In this document: positions 41,020 to 43,749 of the stretch, piece by piece
How positions within the stretch are numbered: the first letter of the stretch is position 1
How the letters are laid out: the number at the start of each line of letters is the position of its first letter
NCBI GenBank assembly: GCA_050014675.1
Contig: JBEKCW010000001.1
Location: 1 to 43,749 of the forward strand
Length of the DNA: 43,749 bases
Direction of reading: 5' to 3'
From: Terracidiphilus sp.
Lineage (GTDB): Bacteria > Acidobacteriota > Terriglobia > Terriglobales > Acidobacteriaceae
Translations under genes and position numbers: made by a program
The notes under the pieces: model-generated
What the model was told of the DNA's origin: nothing
Database searches by the model: none
Seen by the model: the letters and a program-made list of their open reading frames with translations, nothing else

Positions 41020-41730
41020 TCAGCGGTTCAGCTGTTCAAGTTGTTCCTTGAGCTTTGCAACCCGATCTCGATCGCACACCACGGATCGAACGCGCCGCGA
41101 ACCTGGCCCGAGGTAGCGCGGTGAAAGGCGCAGCCAGCGGCGAGTAGTCGCGTCGCCTTCAGCAACCGATGCTTCCAGAATCTCCTCAATCCGCGCCGAA
41201 TCGCGTGTGGACCCAGGGGGGATTTCGACGGTGAAGAGGGTTTGATTCTCCACGAGCGGCAGCAGTTCGATGCACCGCGCACACAGTGCAACGAACCCGG
41301 CGAACGAACTGGCGAGCGCGCCATCGCCGGCAGGCAGCAGATCGGGCTCGACACCGCGCTCAAGCATCTCGCGCTCAACACTCTCAGGCGCCACGCGCAC
41401 GCAGACTGAGACCGGCTCGCGCTTGCGCACCTGGTTCTTGAGGATGCGGAGAGCTTCGTCGAGCGTGGTAACTACAAAGTCGACGGCGCCCTCGCGCATG
41501 GCTTGCTTGCTTGCGGCCTGATCGGCCGTGGCAGCCAGTATTGCCGCGCCGGCAATGTTGCCTGCAACGGTGAGCGCGCTGCCGCGGGCGTCGAGTTCGC
41601 CGGCGTAGAGCAATTTGCCGCCGAGGTGGTCCTTCCCAATGGCTGCGGCAAAGCGCATCAGTGCCGCGTAATTCAGGTACACCTGCGCGATAAAGTGATT
41701 GAGCGCCGGAGGTGGGGGTTCGAGCGGCAA
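41020..41730 (-). CDS. Stand-alone, degenerate urocanate hydratase (HutU)-like Rossmann domain protein
   Basis: LGGKLLYAG...AGNIAGAA...VDFVVTTLDEALRILK...PVSV...MLERGVEPDL resembles the HutU NAD-binding domain. TTG 41730 follows GAGGGAG. It is far shorter than HutU. Confidence 0.65.
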   Translation of the reverse strand: MPLEPPPPALNHFIAQVYLNYAALMRFAAAIGKDHLGGKLLYAGELDARGSALTVAGNIAGAAILAATADQAASKQAMREGAVDFVVTTLDEALRILKNQVRKREPVSVCVRVAPESVEREMLERGVEPDLLPAGDGALASSFAGFVALCARCIELLPLVENQTLFTVEIPPGSTRDSARIEEILEASVAEGDATTRRWLRLSPRYLGPGSRRVRSVVCDRDRVAKLKEQLEQLNR

Positions 41731-41877
41731 GATCAGTTCTCCCTCAGGCTTAAAGCGAGTGCGCGAGAAGGTCTGTGAGGGCGAGGGGACCCATATTGAA
41801 TGACAAGCCTGCGGCTTCGCAGGCATCGCAAGTCGGTAAGCTGGCGCGGGGGCGACTCAGGATTCGCCAGACATCGC

Positions 41878-42390
41878 CTAGTGGATTACATCTTGCCAGC
41901 CGGAGGCCCTGACAAAGAACACAAATTCGCCGGGCTTGGCAACGATTTTGAATGCGTTCTGGAATTTGCCCTTGTAGCACAGGTTGGGAGTGACCATGCC
42001 AGACTTGAGAATGTCTGCGATCGAGTACCACTTCAGAATCGTTTTATCCTTGCCGGCGTCGGCATCGCAGTTGACGTAGATATCCATCGATGCATTGTAG
42101 GTTCCCTGAATGGATAGCAGCGTGGCGTTTGGGGGCAGGGTAGCTGTTGTGGGGTCGTCGCCATTCATTTTGAGCCCCTCGTTGAAAGGCTCTTCCCGAT
42201 GATCGACGCGCACGATCAGATTTGCGGGACGGATGGGCTCGCCGGTCTTGCCGTCGAGGATGCGGATGGTGACGGTGGGACCGGTCTGGGCGGCAGCCAA
42301 ACATGGAAGCAGGAGCGCACAGGCAAGCAGAATTATGCCGCGGGCGGCTTGAGCACCCGTCGCAGGCGAGAGAACCTTTTGTGGCATCAT
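41878..42390 (-). CDS. Hypothetical exported protein
   Basis: Signal peptide (IILLACALLLPCLAAAQ), VTIRILDGKTGEPI beta domain and a Cys pair. Confidence 0.75.
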   Translation of the reverse strand: MMPQKVLSPATGAQAARGIILLACALLLPCLAAAQTGPTVTIRILDGKTGEPIRPANLIVRVDHREEPFNEGLKMNGDDPTTATLPPNATLLSIQGTYNASMDIYVNCDADAGKDKTILKWYSIADILKSGMVTPNLCYKGKFQNAFKIVAKPGEFVFFVRASGWQDVIH

Positions 42391-42441
42391 TCTTTTACTT
42401 TGCCACGTTTCACACCTGCTGTGCCACGTTATCTGCCGGGG

Positions 42442-42843
42442 CTACCAGGAGGAATAGGGCTGGCCGTCGGATCCGGTCTCGTCGGAGCCGGAGTGAACAT
42501 CGTCGATTCCGGGCTCGGTCTGGTCAATGGAGAACATGGCGTCGCTGGTATCGGTTACCCATGAGTCCGTGGCGTGGGTCATCGGATCCATGGGAATCTG
42601 GCGCAGGTAGCCGTTCTGCACCAGGTCGTCGAGCGACTGCGGCGCTTTTTGCTTGTCCATGGTGTGGGAATCGATGGCGTCGCGCATGGTGTGCAGGTCT
42701 TCTTTGAGGACGGCCTCTTTTGCGCGCTGGATGGAGCCCTTGAATCCGGGGATGGCAATTGTCATCAGGATGCCGATGATCAGCATTACGATCATCAGCT
42801 CGATGAGTGTAAAGCCCGCGGATTGTAGGCGATTCTTCTGCAC
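42442..42843 (-). CDS. Type II secretion/type IV pilin-like pseudopilin (GspG-like)
   Basis: Prepilin cleavage motif G|FTLIELMIVMLIIGIL, plus LDDLVQNGYLRQIPMDP. Start trimmed to GTG 42843. Confidence 0.9.
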   Translation of the reverse strand: MQKNRLQSAGFTLIELMIVMLIIGILMTIAIPGFKGSIQRAKEAVLKEDLHTMRDAIDSHTMDKQKAPQSLDDLVQNGYLRQIPMDPMTHATDSWVTDTSDAMFSIDQTEPGIDDVHSGSDETGSDGQPYSSW

Positions 42844-42863
42844 TTTTTTCTTAAGTCCTTGCC

Positions 42864-43343
42864 CTACCAGGTGCTGTACTTTGTGCCGTCGAGGCCGGTG
42901 CCTTGCGACTTCGAATATACGTCGAAAATACTTTGCCCGCCATACGAGTCTGAGTCGGGATCGTCCTGCATCGAGCGCAGCCCCCACTCGGCCGTGCCGG
43001 TCATGGGATCGATGGGGATATGGCGGAGAAAACGAAGCTTTTTGCCCTGCACATCCACTCCGTCAACCAGCGTTTGCAGGTCGGGCGGATAGTTCTGGCT
43101 GTCGACCTTGGTCTGGAAGGCGCCTTTGTCGGCAGCGTCCTTGTACTTGTCGATTGCGTCACGCAGGGTCCACAGGTCGTAATGCAAATCCCGTTCCTGC
43201 TGGCGCTTGTACTGGAAGCGCGCGATCGGGAAGGCAGCGCCGGCAAGAATGGAGAGGATCGAAATGGTGACCAGCAGCTCAATGAGCGAGAGGCCGCGCT
43301 CCCCTGGGATGACTCGCTTTGCCGGCTGCCTCAACATATGCAT
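42864..43343 (-). CDS. Type II secretion pseudopilin (GspG-like)
   Basis: G|LSLIELLVTISILSILA motif, YPPDLQTLV and LRHIPIDPMTG. Confidence 0.9.
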   Translation of the reverse strand: MHMLRQPAKRVIPGERGLSLIELLVTISILSILAGAAFPIARFQYKRQQERDLHYDLWTLRDAIDKYKDAADKGAFQTKVDSQNYPPDLQTLVDGVDVQGKKLRFLRHIPIDPMTGTAEWGLRSMQDDPDSDSYGGQSIFDVYSKSQGTGLDGTKYSTW

Positions 43344-43346
43344 TTC

Positions 43347-43748
43347 CTACTTCACCACGATGGTGGTTTGCGAGCCCTGGGCCTGTATCTGTTTCTGAGT
43401 GCTGTCGATAAACGACGCGCTGGTAAAAGCGAGGCCGGTGGTTCCGGGAGCCTTTGCCTGAAATGTGAGGACGCACAGAGTGCCGTTTCCGCTCACGCCG
43501 GGCGTGTGCGGCGGGCGCGACGCCACCACGGTCAGCCCTCCCTTGCCATCTTCGTTATGAATGATGGTGGCCGGTTGCCCGTCGCGATTCAACACGTTGC
43601 CCGCGGATACATTGACCAGCGAAAGTTTGGCCGGATCAAAGTGAATCTGCAGGGGGACCAGGGAGACGTCGGCGCCGCCGTTCATCATGATCGGAACCTC
43701 GAAGCTGGCGCCGTTGTTCACCGTGCCCGGCGGGGGGGTGAATATAAA
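43347..43748 (-). CDS. C-terminal cohesin-like domain, probably of a secretin (GspD-like) gene; runs off the window end
   Basis: FEVPIM...LQIHFDPAKLSLV...GVSGNGTLCVLTFQAKAPG cohesin-like pattern. The frame is open to the window edge. The secretin identity is inferred from context. Confidence 0.7.
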   Translation of the reverse strand, partial: FIFTPPPGTVNNGASFEVPIMMNGGADVSLVPLQIHFDPAKLSLVNVSAGNVLNRDGQPATIIHNEDGKGGLTVVASRPPHTPGVSGNGTLCVLTFQAKAPGTTGLAFTSASFIDSTQKQIQAQGSQTTIVVK

Positions 43749-43749
43749 A

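Overview
This is a chromosomal window from a GC-rich bacterium. Gene content and intergenic repeat style suggest Acidobacteriota (Terriglobia-like); that assignment is an inference. Housekeeping genes are pyrG, ntrY/ntrX, ald with a divergent Lrp regulator, an aldo/keto reductase, an ALDH, mreBCD, glnA, pepA, motAB and the end of a secretin/pseudopilin operon. No rRNA, tRNA, CRISPR array, transposase or prophage was recognised. Highlights: (1) a small exported CxxC/His peptide ending in RPPP (DUF2946/CruR-like) upstream of a TonB-dependent receptor, whose last codons are a perfect 8-nt complement of the receptor's Shine-Dalgarno, suggesting a metal-sensing ribosome-stalling switch; (2) a circularly permuted ATP-grasp/alpha-E/transglutaminase operon near glnA, with a poly-Gln tail on the transglutaminase; (3) a degenerate PAS-GGDEF protein with an intact I-site, translationally coupled to motAB behind a sigma28-like promoter; (4) several REP-like palindrome families, including one nested insertion with a CCGG duplication and one 24-nt REP-like unit in frame in the NtrX GAFTGA loop; (5) a J-domain protein with an Arg-rich [DE]RR tail. 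All family assignments come from motif recognition by eye, not database searches.
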